From Bdellovibrionales bacterium (GTDB taxonomy: Bacteria > Bdellovibrionota > Bdellovibrionia > Bdellovibrionales > UBA1609): a stretch of DNA of 64,000 bases. Both the position numbers and the translations under genes were made by a program. Where the stretch lies: assembly GCA_027317865.1 (NCBI GenBank), contig DAHVQG010000003.1:148207-212206 (forward strand). Direction: 5' to 3'. The notes under the pieces were generated by a model that was not told the DNA's origin, did not search any database, and worked only from the letters and a program-made list of their open reading frames with translations. Shown here in pieces: positions 52,802 through 63,308 of the stretch (its first letter is position 1; each line of letters begins with the position of its first letter).

Positions 52802-54754
52802 ATGAATAAAATTATCGGAATCGACTTAGGTACGACCAACTCCGTTGTTGCGGTGATGGAAGGCGGCGAGGCCAAAGTACTTGTGAACGAAGAAGGTGGG
52901 CGAACCACTCCTTCTGTTGTGGCCTATACAAAAGACAACGAGATTCTGGTGGGTCAAATTGCAAAACGTCAGGCCGTCACTAATCCTGAAAATACTATTT
53001 ATTCGTCAAAACGCTTTATTGGCCGACGCTTTAACGAAGTTGGCGAAGAAATGAAACTAGTGCCGTACAAAGTGGTGCCGAAAGATCAAGATTGCGGATT
53101 TGAAGTGAAAGGCAAAACCGTATCGCCCGAAGAAGTAGGGGCCCAGGTTTTGCTAAAACTCAAAAAAGTAGCAGAAAATTATTTAGGTCAAGAAGTGACC
53201 GAGGCGGTGATTACTGTCCCGGCATATTTTAACGATGCGCAAAGGCAGGCGACAAAAGACGCCGGCCGAATCGCGGGTCTCAACGTTCGACGTATTATTA
53301 ATGAACCGACAGCGGCGGCATTAGCTTACGGCCTCGATAAGAAAAAAGACGAAAAGATCGCAATTTACGATTTCGGTGGTGGCACCTTCGATATCTCAAT
53401 TCTCGAAGTCGGCGATAATGTCGTTGAAGTCAAAGCGACCAACGGCGACACGCACCTAGGCGGCGATAATTTTGACCATCGTGTTCTTGAATGGATGGTC
53501 AGTGAATTCAAAAAAGAATCTGGAATTGATCTGCGCAATGACAAAATGGCGCTGCAGCGGCTGCGTGAAGCGGCAGAAAAAGCGAAAATCGAACTCAGCT
53601 CGCGTATGGAGACGGATATCAATTTGCCATTTATTACGGCCGATCAAAGCGGTCCGAAGCACCTCAATTTGCAGCTCACCCGCGCAAAATTTGAACAGAT
53701 GATCGACGATCTTGTGGAGCGTAGTCTTGAACCCTGCCGAAAATGTATGAAAGACGCCGATATTTCGGCTTCTGAAATCGATGAAGTGGTTCTTGTCGGC
53801 GGTTCAACTCGCGTGCCAAAAATTCAAGAGGCAGTCAAAAAACTTTTTGGTAAAGAACCCAACCGTTCGGTGAACCCAGATGAAGTGGTTGCGGTCGGCG
53901 CGGCTGTGCAAGGCGGCGTGCTTTCGGGTGAAGTGAAAGAAGTTTTGCTCCTCGATGTGACGCCCTTGTCGCTCGGTATTGAAACCTTGGGTGGCATAAT
54001 GACAAAGCTTATCGAGCGCAACTCGCGTATCCCGACGCGCAAGTCGCAAGTATTTTCGACCGCGGCTGATAGCCAAACGAGTGTCGATGTTCACGTGTTG
54101 CAAGGTGAGCGCGAAATGGCTCGCGATAATAAAACGTTGGGCCGGTTTGAGTTGGTTGGAATCCCGGCCGCTCCACGCGGGATGCCGCAAATTGAAGTGA
54201 CGTTCGACATTGATGCCAACAGCATTTTAAATGTTTCGGCAAAAGATTTGGGTACAGGTAAAGAACAAGCTATTAAAATTACCGCGAAGTCGGGCCTTAG
54301 CGAAGATGAAATCAACCGGATGGTCAAAGATGCCGAAGCACACGCCGAAGAAGATAAGAAGAAACGCGAAGAAGTTTCGGCCATCAATAATCTCGATAAT
54401 TTGATTTATGCGACCGAAAAACTCATTCGCGAAAAAGGCGGTGATTTGTCGCAATCAGATAAGGCAGAAGCTGAAGCGGCAATTAACGATGCCAAAGAAG
54501 TATTGAAAAATCGTCCACCGCTTGCGCAAATTCAAAGTGCCCTAGACCGATTGACACAAGCGAGCCACAAACTTTCGAGCGCTTTGTATGAGAAAACAAA
54601 AGCCACTGGCACTGGCGGAGGTGCTGCGGGTGGTGCTCCTGGCGCAGGCGGCAGTAATGAATCGGCACAAGGCAGCGGCGGTGGCGAAGCTTCGGGAGAA
54701 AATAAAAAGAATAACGGCGACGTGATTGACGCCGAATACAAAGACGTAAATTAA
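52802..54754 (+). CDS. dnaK: Molecular chaperone DnaK (Hsp70)
   Basis: The 650-aa ORF has [19 protein letters not shown] and [11 protein letters not shown]. The tail is Gly-rich and ends in DAEYKDVN. Confidence 0.98.
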   Translation: MNKIIGIDLGTTNSVVAVMEGGEAKVLVNEEGGRTTPSVVAYTKDNEILVGQIAKRQAVTNPENTIYSSKRFIGRRFNEVGEEMKLVPYKVVPKDQDCGFEVKGKTVSPEEVGAQVLLKLKKVAENYLGQEVTEAVITVPAYFNDAQRQATKDAGRIAGLNVRRIINEPTAAALAYGLDKKKDEKIAIYDFGGGTFDISILEVGDNVVEVKATNGDTHLGGDNFDHRVLEWMVSEFKKESGIDLRNDKMALQRLREAAEKAKIELSSRMETDINLPFITADQSGPKHLNLQLTRAKFEQMIDDLVERSLEPCRKCMKDADISASEIDEVVLVGGSTRVPKIQEAVKKLFGKEPNRSVNPDEVVAVGAAVQGGVLSGEVKEVLLLDVTPLSLGIETLGGIMTKLIERNSRIPTRKSQVFSTAADSQTSVDVHVLQGEREMARDNKTLGRFELVGIPAAPRGMPQIEVTFDIDANSILNVSAKDLGTGKEQAIKITAKSGLSEDEINRMVKDAEAHAEEDKKKREEVSAINNLDNLIYATEKLIREKGGDLSQSDKAEAEAAINDAKEVLKNRPPLAQIQSALDRLTQASHKLSSALYEKTKATGTGGGAAGGAPGAGGSNESAQGSGGGEASGENKKNNGDVIDAEYKDVN

Positions 54755-55425
54755 AATGCGGGGAATTGGGCGCCGATGACGATCGAATTCGGCGCCTGAT
54801 TCACGTCAAAATCAAGTTCTGCCATAAAATCGCAAACTTTAAATTGGTCGTCATGATATTTTGCTCCAAACGCGATCTGAACGGGTACTCCCGTAGTGCT
54901 CCTGTAAGATGACAGTCCAATAGGGAGCGCAACAAACGGCGTGACAGTTCCTGAAACAGAATCGGTTGTAATCGCAAATTTTTTGCTGGCAAGCGGTACA
55001 ATTCGTGCGGCGACTTCGCTGGCACCGTGGTAGTGAGCGTATTGAGCTCCAAATATAAAACCGACCGCAGGCTGCTGTTCATAATCGGGAAAGGGTACCC
55101 ATTTATAGTACGCTCCAAGTACGGCGTCGGTTGCCCCGCCACCGGCTTCAAATCGAAAATTCGACGAATCGTTGAACCCGACGTCAAGGTGGCCCAAGAG
55201 ATTGACCCCTGGAGTTGGGCCTTGCGTGATCCATTGTAATGACGTTCCAATTGCTTCTTGATTGGGTTTAACTAAATCGCCCGTGTCTTGCACGGTGTAG
55301 TAGGCAAATGCCGGCGACGAGATAAACAGTGCCGGAATAAGTGCCAACGAAAAGCCGGTAAAAATAGCGGCAAAACCAACGGGGCTTAGACATTTTGAAA
55401 AAAACCGAGACATCAATTTGATCAT
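54751..55425 (-). CDS. Small outer-membrane beta-barrel-like protein
   Basis: The 224-aa ORF has a signal ([24 protein letters not shown]). Its composition is Gly/aromatic-rich with alternating residues, and the terminal residue is Phe (GAQFPAF). Its stop codon shares TTAA with the dnaK stop. Confidence 0.55.
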   Translation of the reverse strand: MIKLMSRFFSKCLSPVGFAAIFTGFSLALIPALFISSPAFAYYTVQDTGDLVKPNQEAIGTSLQWITQGPTPGVNLLGHLDVGFNDSSNFRFEAGGGATDAVLGAYYKWVPFPDYEQQPAVGFIFGAQYAHYHGASEVAARIVPLASKKFAITTDSVSGTVTPFVALPIGLSSYRSTTGVPVQIAFGAKYHDDQFKVCDFMAELDFDVNQAPNSIVIGAQFPAF

Positions 55426-55507
55426 ACTTTTGACCTCATTCTTGCGCGTTTCTTGACAACGGACAATGCGCTCGCGATTGTAGAAGTATTAAGAGGACTC
55501 GACAAGA

Positions 55508-56275
55508 GTGAAGTTACCGTTATCCCTGATTATTATCACGTTGAATGAAGAAAAGAATATAGAGCGATGCATACGGTCTGTGCCGTTTGCCTCGGATATT
55601 CTAGTACTTGATAGTGGCAGCACGGACCGGACCGTTGACATTGCACGCAAGTTAGGGGCACGCACTTTGCAAGAGCCATGGCGCGGTTACGCACGCCAGA
55701 AAATTCGTGCAACGGCCCTGGCACGAAACGAATGGGTGCTTTCGCTCGATGCCGATGAAGCACTGAGTGAACTGGCCCAAAAGGAAATTGTCGAACTGTT
55801 TCAAACCAGTCAGCCCGCCACTGACATTGATGCCTATTCGTTTCCGCGAAAGGCCAATTATCTCGGCCGATGGATGAACCATACGGGGATGTACCCGGAC
55901 CGGCAAACCCGCCTATACCATCGCGCCCGGACGCAATGGAAGGACGCTCAGGTCCATGAAAAAATAGAGGCCAAAAATGTGAGTGAATTTTCAGGCGACA
56001 TTTTGCATTGGCCGTTCATCGATATTTCAGACCAAATTCAAACGATCAATCGCTATTCGAGCTTAAGAGCGAACGAGCTTATGGAGCGGAACCAAAAATT
56101 TTCACCGGTAAAAATGGTAACCAAAACGGTTTCTAAATTTTTTGAAACTTTTTTCCTAAAAAAGGGGTTTCTTGACGGACAAGAAGGCTTGATCGCATCG
56201 ATAGTAACGGCGTTTTCAACTTTTCTTCGGTGGTCAAAGTTGCGCGAATTGCAAAAGAGCAAGAACCAGCTTTAG
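55508..56275 (+). CDS. Family 2 glycosyltransferase (LPS-core WaaE/KdtX-like)
   Basis: It starts at GTG. LSLIIITLNEEKNIERCIRS and the DxD region SLDADE are present. Confidence 0.8.
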   Translation: MKLPLSLIIITLNEEKNIERCIRSVPFASDILVLDSGSTDRTVDIARKLGARTLQEPWRGYARQKIRATALARNEWVLSLDADEALSELAQKEIVELFQTSQPATDIDAYSFPRKANYLGRWMNHTGMYPDRQTRLYHRARTQWKDAQVHEKIEAKNVSEFSGDILHWPFIDISDQIQTINRYSSLRANELMERNQKFSPVKMVTKTVSKFFETFFLKKGFLDGQEGLIASIVTAFSTFLRWSKLRELQKSKNQL

Positions 56276-58143
56276 TTCAACAAAACATTTTGGCCCGATT
56301 TAAACGGTAACGTACACTCGTTAAAATCAAAGTCTTTTTTACATCCGATGGTCGCCCGCAGTGGAGCGGTAAACCATTCCTTCTTTCGCCGGGCGCCTTC
56401 GGTATGTGAATCGTCGAAAACATATGAATCTTGAATCGAATTTTCGTGCGGATATCGAGTTTGTAGCGACGGGGCCTCGCATTGCCAGGAACTGCTGGCT
56501 AAAAACACATTCATGCGGGCCCTCGGGCTTGAATAGGTGGTTTTGAGCAAATTAGCCATCGCGTAACTCCCCATAACGTCGGCAAAGCGTTCATAAGGAG
56601 GTGAGGAGTAACCTTCGAGCACAAGTTCTCGACGGTCAGAAAATTGCCCTTCGATGCGAAGTGTTTTCTCAAGCACTTTTTGCATCATATCTTTTGCCGT
56701 TGAAAGAGCGTCGCGCAGTCTCTCAAGACGATCGGTGTTTTGCGTGCAACGATATTCGGCGGTGAAAAACATCAGTGTGGTCACCTCATCGTCGATAGGT
56801 TCTTCGCCGTGGCTCCATAAATAATAGCTACAGGGGTTCAGATAATTAGGATTTGTTTGAAGCGTACCGTTTGGGAACGGAATTTTAGCTTTTGTTATGC
56901 GCAAAAACTCGTTATCAGAGGCAAGATCTGACATTTGATCGGCCACAATATCATGGGCAAAGCGTTTGTAATCGGCTGAGGTGAGAACGTTCGGCGTATC
57001 CTGAAGTTTGAGGCATTCTTGAAATTGCGGTAGCTCCGGCTGAAATGCGTCGAGCGATTTCAAAGACTGCGGAAATTGCTTTTTGAATTGATTCCATGCA
57101 TTGCAGCTAAATGCACGGGGTTCGCACACGTTTTGTCTTAGCGTTGCCAACCGTTGCCCCATCAATGAGTGCTTTTCAAACAAATATTGGCTTCGATTTA
57201 ATGCGAGGACGTGGCCCATTTCGTGGGCGAGCGTTTGCATTATGTCTTCGCTGTTAAAATCTCCCGCGCAAACGGTAATCAGGTTAAGGTGCGGATAATA
57301 GTAAGCGTTGTTGGTTGTCGTCGAACATTCTTGATCTGAGATTTCGGGCATTGAACCCGGCAAAACCAATTTCACTTTTCGGATACGTTCAGACCAATCT
57401 TCGCGAACCGCTTTCGGAATATCGAGATCGGCTATAACTTGCAAATAGCTTTTTTGCAGACGTTTGAACAACCGGACGACTTTTTGCCAATTGGCGTCGT
57501 CCTTCCAAATGGCGCGCGAGATTTCAGAGATAAGATCGCGCTTCACGCGTTCGCGCTCGATATCAAGTTCAATCGGTATCATCGTAGCCGGAATTTTATA
57601 ATAGCCCGGAAATTTTTTATTCATTCGATAAATAATTGTTTCGTTGATCGCAGCCGCCCAAATTTCGCCGAGTTGATAATTTAGTTGTTCATCGCTCAAG
57701 CGCTCCTGCAATGTCATTTGGCTGCGCGGTTTGCGGCTAAGAAGAGCTTCGAGTTTCTGAAAATAGTGATGGCGAACGAGAATCCAGTAAAAGTCTTTTG
57801 GAAGTTCATGGCGGTGGCGAATCTTCGCAATCGAATAACGGTAGAACACTTGCGTAAAGCCGTTTCGCGTATTGCCTTGAAGAATTTGAATGGATTGATG
57901 TTTACGTTTGATCATGAGATTGCCAAGAGCCGCTGGCGAATAGAGATAGTGGCAATACGAGTCGAGCGTGGCCATGCAATAAGGGTGTTTGCTTGGAGAA
58001 AAGTATTGATCCGAAGTAAAATCTAATAGAGGGGTGTGGGTCGGCTTCCAATTACTTACCGAGCCGCCTGAAATACAAGAAGTAAGAGTCAACGCGGTAC
58101 CCAAACAAATTAAAACGCCGCTCGCAATTCGTATTCGAATCAT
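56272..58143 (-). CDS. Lipoprotein zinc metallopeptidase with divergent M13 (neprilysin/PepO)-like motif order
   Basis: The 623-aa ORF has the lipobox LTLTSCISG. The motifs are NNAYYYPHLNLITVCAG (279-), TLAHEMGHVLA (307-311) and PYERFADVMGSYA (518-522). These correspond to the M13 elements NAYY..N.I..PAG, HExxH and ExxAD. Confidence 0.6.
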   Translation of the reverse strand: MIRIRIASGVLICLGTALTLTSCISGGSVSNWKPTHTPLLDFTSDQYFSPSKHPYCMATLDSYCHYLYSPAALGNLMIKRKHQSIQILQGNTRNGFTQVFYRYSIAKIRHRHELPKDFYWILVRHHYFQKLEALLSRKPRSQMTLQERLSDEQLNYQLGEIWAAAINETIIYRMNKKFPGYYKIPATMIPIELDIERERVKRDLISEISRAIWKDDANWQKVVRLFKRLQKSYLQVIADLDIPKAVREDWSERIRKVKLVLPGSMPEISDQECSTTTNNAYYYPHLNLITVCAGDFNSEDIMQTLAHEMGHVLALNRSQYLFEKHSLMGQRLATLRQNVCEPRAFSCNAWNQFKKQFPQSLKSLDAFQPELPQFQECLKLQDTPNVLTSADYKRFAHDIVADQMSDLASDNEFLRITKAKIPFPNGTLQTNPNYLNPCSYYLWSHGEEPIDDEVTTLMFFTAEYRCTQNTDRLERLRDALSTAKDMMQKVLEKTLRIEGQFSDRRELVLEGYSSPPYERFADVMGSYAMANLLKTTYSSPRARMNVFLASSSWQCEAPSLQTRYPHENSIQDSYVFDDSHTEGARRKKEWFTAPLRATIGCKKDFDFNECTLPFKSGQNVLLN

Positions 58144-58150
58144 AAAATAT

Positions 58151-58426
58151 TCACCGTTGTTGCCACGCCAGTACTGTTAAACCGATGCCGATACCCCACA
58201 TGGCCACAGTATTGCTGACAAAATAGGGGTACGCCATGAGGCCTATGCCGATAAAGAGATGTGAAAAATTCGTATTTCGTTTGCCTGAACGTAAGATGTA
58301 GCCGCCGATGATTCCGAACAGGATGCCGGCGACAATTTGTGAGGCGCTGAAATGAAAGAAACCCTTTCCAGCGGAAGTTAATCCTTTTGCGAGAACATTT
58401 GGGCTCAGTGCCGGCACGCCATTCAT
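58151..58426 (-). CDS. Small two-helix membrane protein
   Basis: The 91-aa ORF has an AGGAGG SD upstream. Its hydrophobic helices are IVAGILFGIIGGYIL and LMAYPYFVSNTVAMWGIGIGLTVLAW. It ends 7 nt before the peptidase gene. Confidence 0.5.
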   Translation of the reverse strand: MNGVPALSPNVLAKGLTSAGKGFFHFSASQIVAGILFGIIGGYILRSGKRNTNFSHLFIGIGLMAYPYFVSNTVAMWGIGIGLTVLAWQQR

Positions 58427-58509
58427 GTGATTTCGCTGACGCCTCCTGGTTACTAATTATAAATACGGCTCATGTTGCAAGTCTAGCGGAGCGAATAAGT
58501 GTTCTGCCG

Positions 58510-61500
58510 CTACCCGTAAAAATATTGCGTCGGATCGGCATTCTTTAGCAATGTGGCCGGTTCAGACGGTCTATCTTGAGGTTTTCCGACGAATATGGGC
58601 TCCACTTTGCTTACAATTAAACTCACCGTGGCGCCTTCGTGCTGCACTGTTGCCGTAACCGTAATAAAACAATGGTTCAAAAAAACCTCACGGTATTTTT
58701 CAAAAATATCCTTCCATAAGACGAGATCCATGAATCCGTGTTCATCTTCGATGGTGGCAAAGCAGACGCCATTGGCCGTTGGCGGCCGCTGGCGGACAAG
58801 CGTCATCCCTGAAACTTTCACGCGGGTGCCTGTTGCGAGGGTTCGCACGGTTTGCGATGTGACTTTCGGTACATTCTTAACCCGTCGACGAAGCTCACTC
58901 ATTGGGTGACCATGTAGAGACATCGCAAAAGCTGAATACTCATTCTGGATATGTTCAAGCGGGCTTAATGGAGAAAATTGATCTGGTTTAATATCGGTCT
59001 GTTTAATTTCCGTCAATGGCAGATTCGCAGGCAGGTTCGCCGCTGACTCGGCAAAAAGGTTGAGTTGTTGCCATTCGGTGCCTTTACGGCGCTCGCGAAA
59101 AAGATTTTGGTATTCAAGCAGGGCCCAAAGGGCTTCTCGTGGGTTATAGCGAGCCTCTTCAGAAAAATTATTGTCAGTCGTCGGGTGCGAAAGTTCGGCA
59201 AAACGCCCGGCAAGAGCGAGACGTTCGAGAATGTCTCGCTTGATATTGGAGCGATGAACAAAGTCAGCCAAATTTTGAAATTGCAGATTTTCTCGTTCGG
59301 CGATGAGGGCTTCGACATCCGAGCGCGAAATTCCATGAACAAGGCGAAATCCGAGCCGTATCGCGGCAGGCGGGTCTTTATAATTGCGTGCATTTTCAGA
59401 TTTATTTTCAACGGTGCAGTCCCACTGTGAGTGGAGAATAGAGACCGGCAAAACTCGCACGCCGTGGCGAATGGCATCGTATAAAATGGTGTCGGGACGA
59501 TAAAAACCCATGGGCTGACTATTGACGGCCGAACACGCAAACTCCGCCGGGAAGTGGCATTTCAAATAGCAAGACGCATAGGCAAGAAGCGCAAACGAGG
59601 CGGCATGACTTTCGGGGAAGCCGTAATGGCTAAAACCCTTGATGTGTTCAAAAATCTGTTCGGCAAATTCGCGCGAGAGCCCGGCGTTGCGAAGTCCATC
59701 CATGAGCCGCCCGGCAAGTTGACCAATCGAAGCGCTGGTTCTCCATGCGTTGATGCATTTGCGCAGTTGATCGGATTCTCCGGGCGTAAAACCGGCGAGT
59801 TCAATGGCCAGCTTCATGATTTGCTCCTGAAAAAGGGGAATGCCGAGAGTGCGTCCCAAAATACGTTCGACGATGGCATTGGGGTAGGTGATTGATTCGA
59901 GCCCTTGCCTTCGCCGTAAATACGGATGAACCATTTTGCCAACAATGGGACCGGGCCGCACAATGGCCACTTCAATGACTAAATCATAAAAGTTTTTTGG
60001 TTGCAGGCGGCCCAGCATAGACATCTGCGCGCGCGATTCAATTTGAAAGACGCCAACCGTGTCGCAATTACCGATCATCTCAAAAGTGGCGTTATCGTCC
60101 CGCGGGATTTCATACAATTTCAAGTTCACAAGTTGGAGTGTCTTGCGTAAGCAACTGAGCATCCCGAGTGACAGAATGTCGACCTTGATGAGGCCCAAAG
60201 TGTCGAGGTCGTATTTATCCCACTGGATGATCGTGCGTCCCTCCATACGAGCGGGTTCAACCGGAACAATTTCTGTGATCGGGTCAGCACTCAAAGTAAA
60301 ACCGCCGCTATGAATCGAAAGGTGGCGTGGAAAACCATGCAGTTCGCGTGCGATGGCCTCGATTTGCGCACGTGGATGAGTGCACGCGCGTAGTTCAACC
60401 GGACGCGTTTTTATAAGAGTTTCAAAATTGCGTTCAACTTTTTTTGCAGAAAGCGTGCCGACAGGTAATCCGAAAGCTTTGCACACCTCGCGCAGAGCAT
60501 TTCTATATTGATATGTGATGACGGCGCTGACCATGGCCGCGCGATGGCGGCCATATTTTTCGTAAATATATTGGATCACTTCTTCGCGACGTTCGTGTTC
60601 AAAATCGATATCGATGTCAGGTGGTTCACCGCGCTCGGCTGAAATGAAACGTTCAAATAGGAGATCCATTTGCACAGGATCAATCGCGGTGATGCCGAGC
60701 ACATAACAAACGGCGGAGTTTGCCGCCGAACCGCGACCTTGGCATAAAATTTCGCGGCGTTTGGCAAATTCGACAATGTCGTAAATAGTAAGAAAGTAAT
60801 CGGCATAGCGAAGTTCACCGATAAGTTTCAATTCATGTTCGAGTTGCTTTTTCACTTTGTCACTCATGCCGGAGGGGTAACGGTCCGTAACGTGAGTCCA
60901 AACTAAATGTTCAAGATAGGTTTGCGCCGAAAAACCGCTCGGAATCCATTCGGACGGATAGCGATAGCGCAGTTCGCTGGGGCTAAACGTGCAGCTTTCG
61001 GCAAGTTCCAAGGTTTTGGTTAAAGCCGGTTGAAAGTCGCGATATCTTCGCGCCATTTCGTGGGGAGTAAGAATGTAGCGCTCGGCGTTTGCGCGCAGAG
61101 CAAACCCCGCTTGCGAAAGAGGTTTACCTTCGCGAATTGAAATGAGCACGTCTTGCAAAATTTTTCTCGATTTGACGTGATATTCGACGTCGTTCGATGC
61201 GACAAGTGGCAATTCAAAACGGCGGCTCAAATCTCGAATCGTGCGTACGCGATTTGCATCATGGCCATCGAGATAAAAAGTCAAAGGGAGCGCCATATTT
61301 GCCGCGAATACATCCTTGAGAAGACCGAGCTGAAGGGATGTCAATTCGATACGTGGTAAGCAAATAAATTCTGACGATGGGTTTGCTGGTGAAGACATAA
61401 AGTTTAAAAAATCGGCAAAAGCTATGCGCCCCAACTCTTTTTGTTTATCACTTTTGAGTTGTGTGAGAAGTCGGCACAAAACGCCATAGGATTCTCGAGT

Positions 61501-61806
61501 TTGGCAAAGCAAATGAACAGGGGCATGATCGGCAAATAAAATTTCGGCGCCCACGATGTAATGAAACTCGGGCCGTTCGCGGGTCGCCGCCGCCAGTTGT
61601 GAGATGGCGGTATGATATCCGCGTGGCATGCCATAAACGCCGTTTTGATCGGTTAGTGCAAGGCCCGAAAGACCGTGGGCGATTGCGGTTTTAACGAGTT
61701 CTTCGGGATGTGAGGCGCCGAGCAAAAAGCTAAAGTTCGATTTGCAGCGAAGTTCGGCATACGCAGGTAAGGGTTGCGTTTTCAGGCGCCCCGTTCGGTG
61801 GCTCAT
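58510..61806 (-). CDS. dnaE2: Error-prone DNA polymerase III alpha-like subunit DnaE2 (ImuC)
   Basis: The 1098-aa ORF has a PHP N-terminus (YAELRCKSNFSFLLGASHPEELV) and a Pol IIIalpha core. It has no tau/beta-binding tail and lies directly after imuA-imuB. Confidence 0.95.
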   Translation of the reverse strand: MSHRTGRLKTQPLPAYAELRCKSNFSFLLGASHPEELVKTAIAHGLSGLALTDQNGVYGMPRGYHTAISQLAAATRERPEFHYIVGAEILFADHAPVHLLCQTRESYGVLCRLLTQLKSDKQKELGRIAFADFLNFMSSPANPSSEFICLPRIELTSLQLGLLKDVFAANMALPLTFYLDGHDANRVRTIRDLSRRFELPLVASNDVEYHVKSRKILQDVLISIREGKPLSQAGFALRANAERYILTPHEMARRYRDFQPALTKTLELAESCTFSPSELRYRYPSEWIPSGFSAQTYLEHLVWTHVTDRYPSGMSDKVKKQLEHELKLIGELRYADYFLTIYDIVEFAKRREILCQGRGSAANSAVCYVLGITAIDPVQMDLLFERFISAERGEPPDIDIDFEHERREEVIQYIYEKYGRHRAAMVSAVITYQYRNALREVCKAFGLPVGTLSAKKVERNFETLIKTRPVELRACTHPRAQIEAIARELHGFPRHLSIHSGGFTLSADPITEIVPVEPARMEGRTIIQWDKYDLDTLGLIKVDILSLGMLSCLRKTLQLVNLKLYEIPRDDNATFEMIGNCDTVGVFQIESRAQMSMLGRLQPKNFYDLVIEVAIVRPGPIVGKMVHPYLRRRQGLESITYPNAIVERILGRTLGIPLFQEQIMKLAIELAGFTPGESDQLRKCINAWRTSASIGQLAGRLMDGLRNAGLSREFAEQIFEHIKGFSHYGFPESHAASFALLAYASCYLKCHFPAEFACSAVNSQPMGFYRPDTILYDAIRHGVRVLPVSILHSQWDCTVENKSENARNYKDPPAAIRLGFRLVHGISRSDVEALIAERENLQFQNLADFVHRSNIKRDILERLALAGRFAELSHPTTDNNFSEEARYNPREALWALLEYQNLFRERRKGTEWQQLNLFAESAANLPANLPLTEIKQTDIKPDQFSPLSPLEHIQNEYSAFAMSLHGHPMSELRRRVKNVPKVTSQTVRTLATGTRVKVSGMTLVRQRPPTANGVCFATIEDEHGFMDLVLWKDIFEKYREVFLNHCFITVTATVQHEGATVSLIVSKVEPIFVGKPQDRPSEPATLLKNADPTQYFYG

Positions 61807-63308
61807 TCAAACACGCCATGTAGAAAATAGGTGGAATGGCTGCTGGAGCCGCTACTCGAGCCGTGAGTCACAGTGCGGAACACCCATAAATCAGGCATTG
61901 TGGGGTCTTTTGAGATGAGCCGAAAATAAACACGCTCCACCGATGCCGGGTACGGGGTGGTGGAGCATGCGTCACCCGAGTAAATGCGAGGCTCCCACCA
62001 ATCGGCGAGTAAGACTTCTTTATTACGAACGGTCCAGTGTTCCGCTGCCCATTGTAGGGGGATCGGCTTTGGCAGAAGGCGCAACGGCCGTTCAGGTAAT
62101 TCGTGTTGGATTTTTTTGGCGGCTTTCGGCTGAACAGTTTCGTCGTTCGTAAGCTTTAAAGAATCCGCCTCATGCACGCGCCGCCAATTTTTTTCGGGCA
62201 AATAGCTGGCGTGGGGTTCGGCAAAAAAGACCGCTGTGGGGCCAAGACGTGTAGCCAGTCGACTTATCAATTGGAAAAATGATTCTTCATTTTCTTCTTT
62301 TTTTTGATCAAAAAGATTTTTTTGTGTGAGTGAGTAGGGAGCTGTCTCGACAACCTCAAGCCGCATTTCGCTGATGGGCCGTTCAAAAAAAGACTTCGTC
62401 TGCAAACTATTTTCGAGTTTTTCGCGCAAAATTTGAAAAATCACTTTGCTGCCGACATGGGGGAGTTGAATAAAAATCGAAAACCGCTTCTCGCGCTCGC
62501 TCAGAAGCGAGGAGTCGTTGGGGCCGTGATCAGCTCCAGAAGCGCACTCGTGCTGTAGAACAATGTCGATTTGCCGGGCTCGCAGGCCCGAAGCGCCATG
62601 CGAAGACGGTGTTTGTGAGCCAGCGTGAGGGGACCTTCGAGCGCGTAATCGTAAAACCGCACGCTCAATCATTGGGCGAAGTGGGAAATAAATCATTTCT
62701 AGATTTTGCGCGGGAGCTTCTTCATCAAATACAAACCGCTCAATCACGTGCTCACGGGGGCAAAAAGGCGGCCAAACGATGTCGTTTTGCCCTTGTGCGC
62801 GCAGATAAGCTAAAAGTCCAAATCGAGAAAATCGTGAGGCGAGCTCATACTGCGGAAGTCTTAAAAAATCGCCGATGGTTTTGACCCCCATCAGGCGAAG
62901 AGTTTGCGCCATTTCAATCAGCCGCGCTTCTGTATCAAGTTGATTGCCGAGCGGGTCGACATAAAACGTTACCGCTTCAATGGGGAGTTGTGACTTGCAG
63001 TCGAGGCGAAAAAACGCCAAACCCAGTGCCGTGCCAACGTCGTCGGCTATGGCAAGATGAGCGTCGAGGGCAATCCGTCGCAATGTGGCTCGCGTACGGG
63101 CGAGAAAAGTCGGCTCCCGATAGAGCGCTTGGCATTTTGAAATTTCTAGAAATAAAGCCTCGTAGCCTAAAGGTTTATGGTTTAAAGTTTTATAGCGACG
63201 CCATGTCACATAAGGAGTTGCCCGATAAAAAATTTCGGCAATAGTTTGGATGTCAGAAACGGGATGGGCAAAGTAAATGCATATGACGCGGGCGTGAGGA
63301 TGAGCCAT
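61803..63308 (-). CDS. imuB: ImuB, catalytically inactive Y-family polymerase-like protein
   Basis: The start is taken at ATG 63308 (MAHPHARVICIYFAHPV...). It has a Y-family-like N-terminal fold and sits between imuA and dnaE2. It overlaps dnaE2 by 4 nt. Confidence 0.8.
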   Translation of the reverse strand: MAHPHARVICIYFAHPVSDIQTIAEIFYRATPYVTWRRYKTLNHKPLGYEALFLEISKCQALYREPTFLARTRATLRRIALDAHLAIADDVGTALGLAFFRLDCKSQLPIEAVTFYVDPLGNQLDTEARLIEMAQTLRLMGVKTIGDFLRLPQYELASRFSRFGLLAYLRAQGQNDIVWPPFCPREHVIERFVFDEEAPAQNLEMIYFPLRPMIERAVLRLRARRSPHAGSQTPSSHGASGLRARQIDIVLQHECASGADHGPNDSSLLSEREKRFSIFIQLPHVGSKVIFQILREKLENSLQTKSFFERPISEMRLEVVETAPYSLTQKNLFDQKKEENEESFFQLISRLATRLGPTAVFFAEPHASYLPEKNWRRVHEADSLKLTNDETVQPKAAKKIQHELPERPLRLLPKPIPLQWAAEHWTVRNKEVLLADWWEPRIYSGDACSTTPYPASVERVYFRLISKDPTMPDLWVFRTVTHGSSSGSSSHSTYFLHGVFE

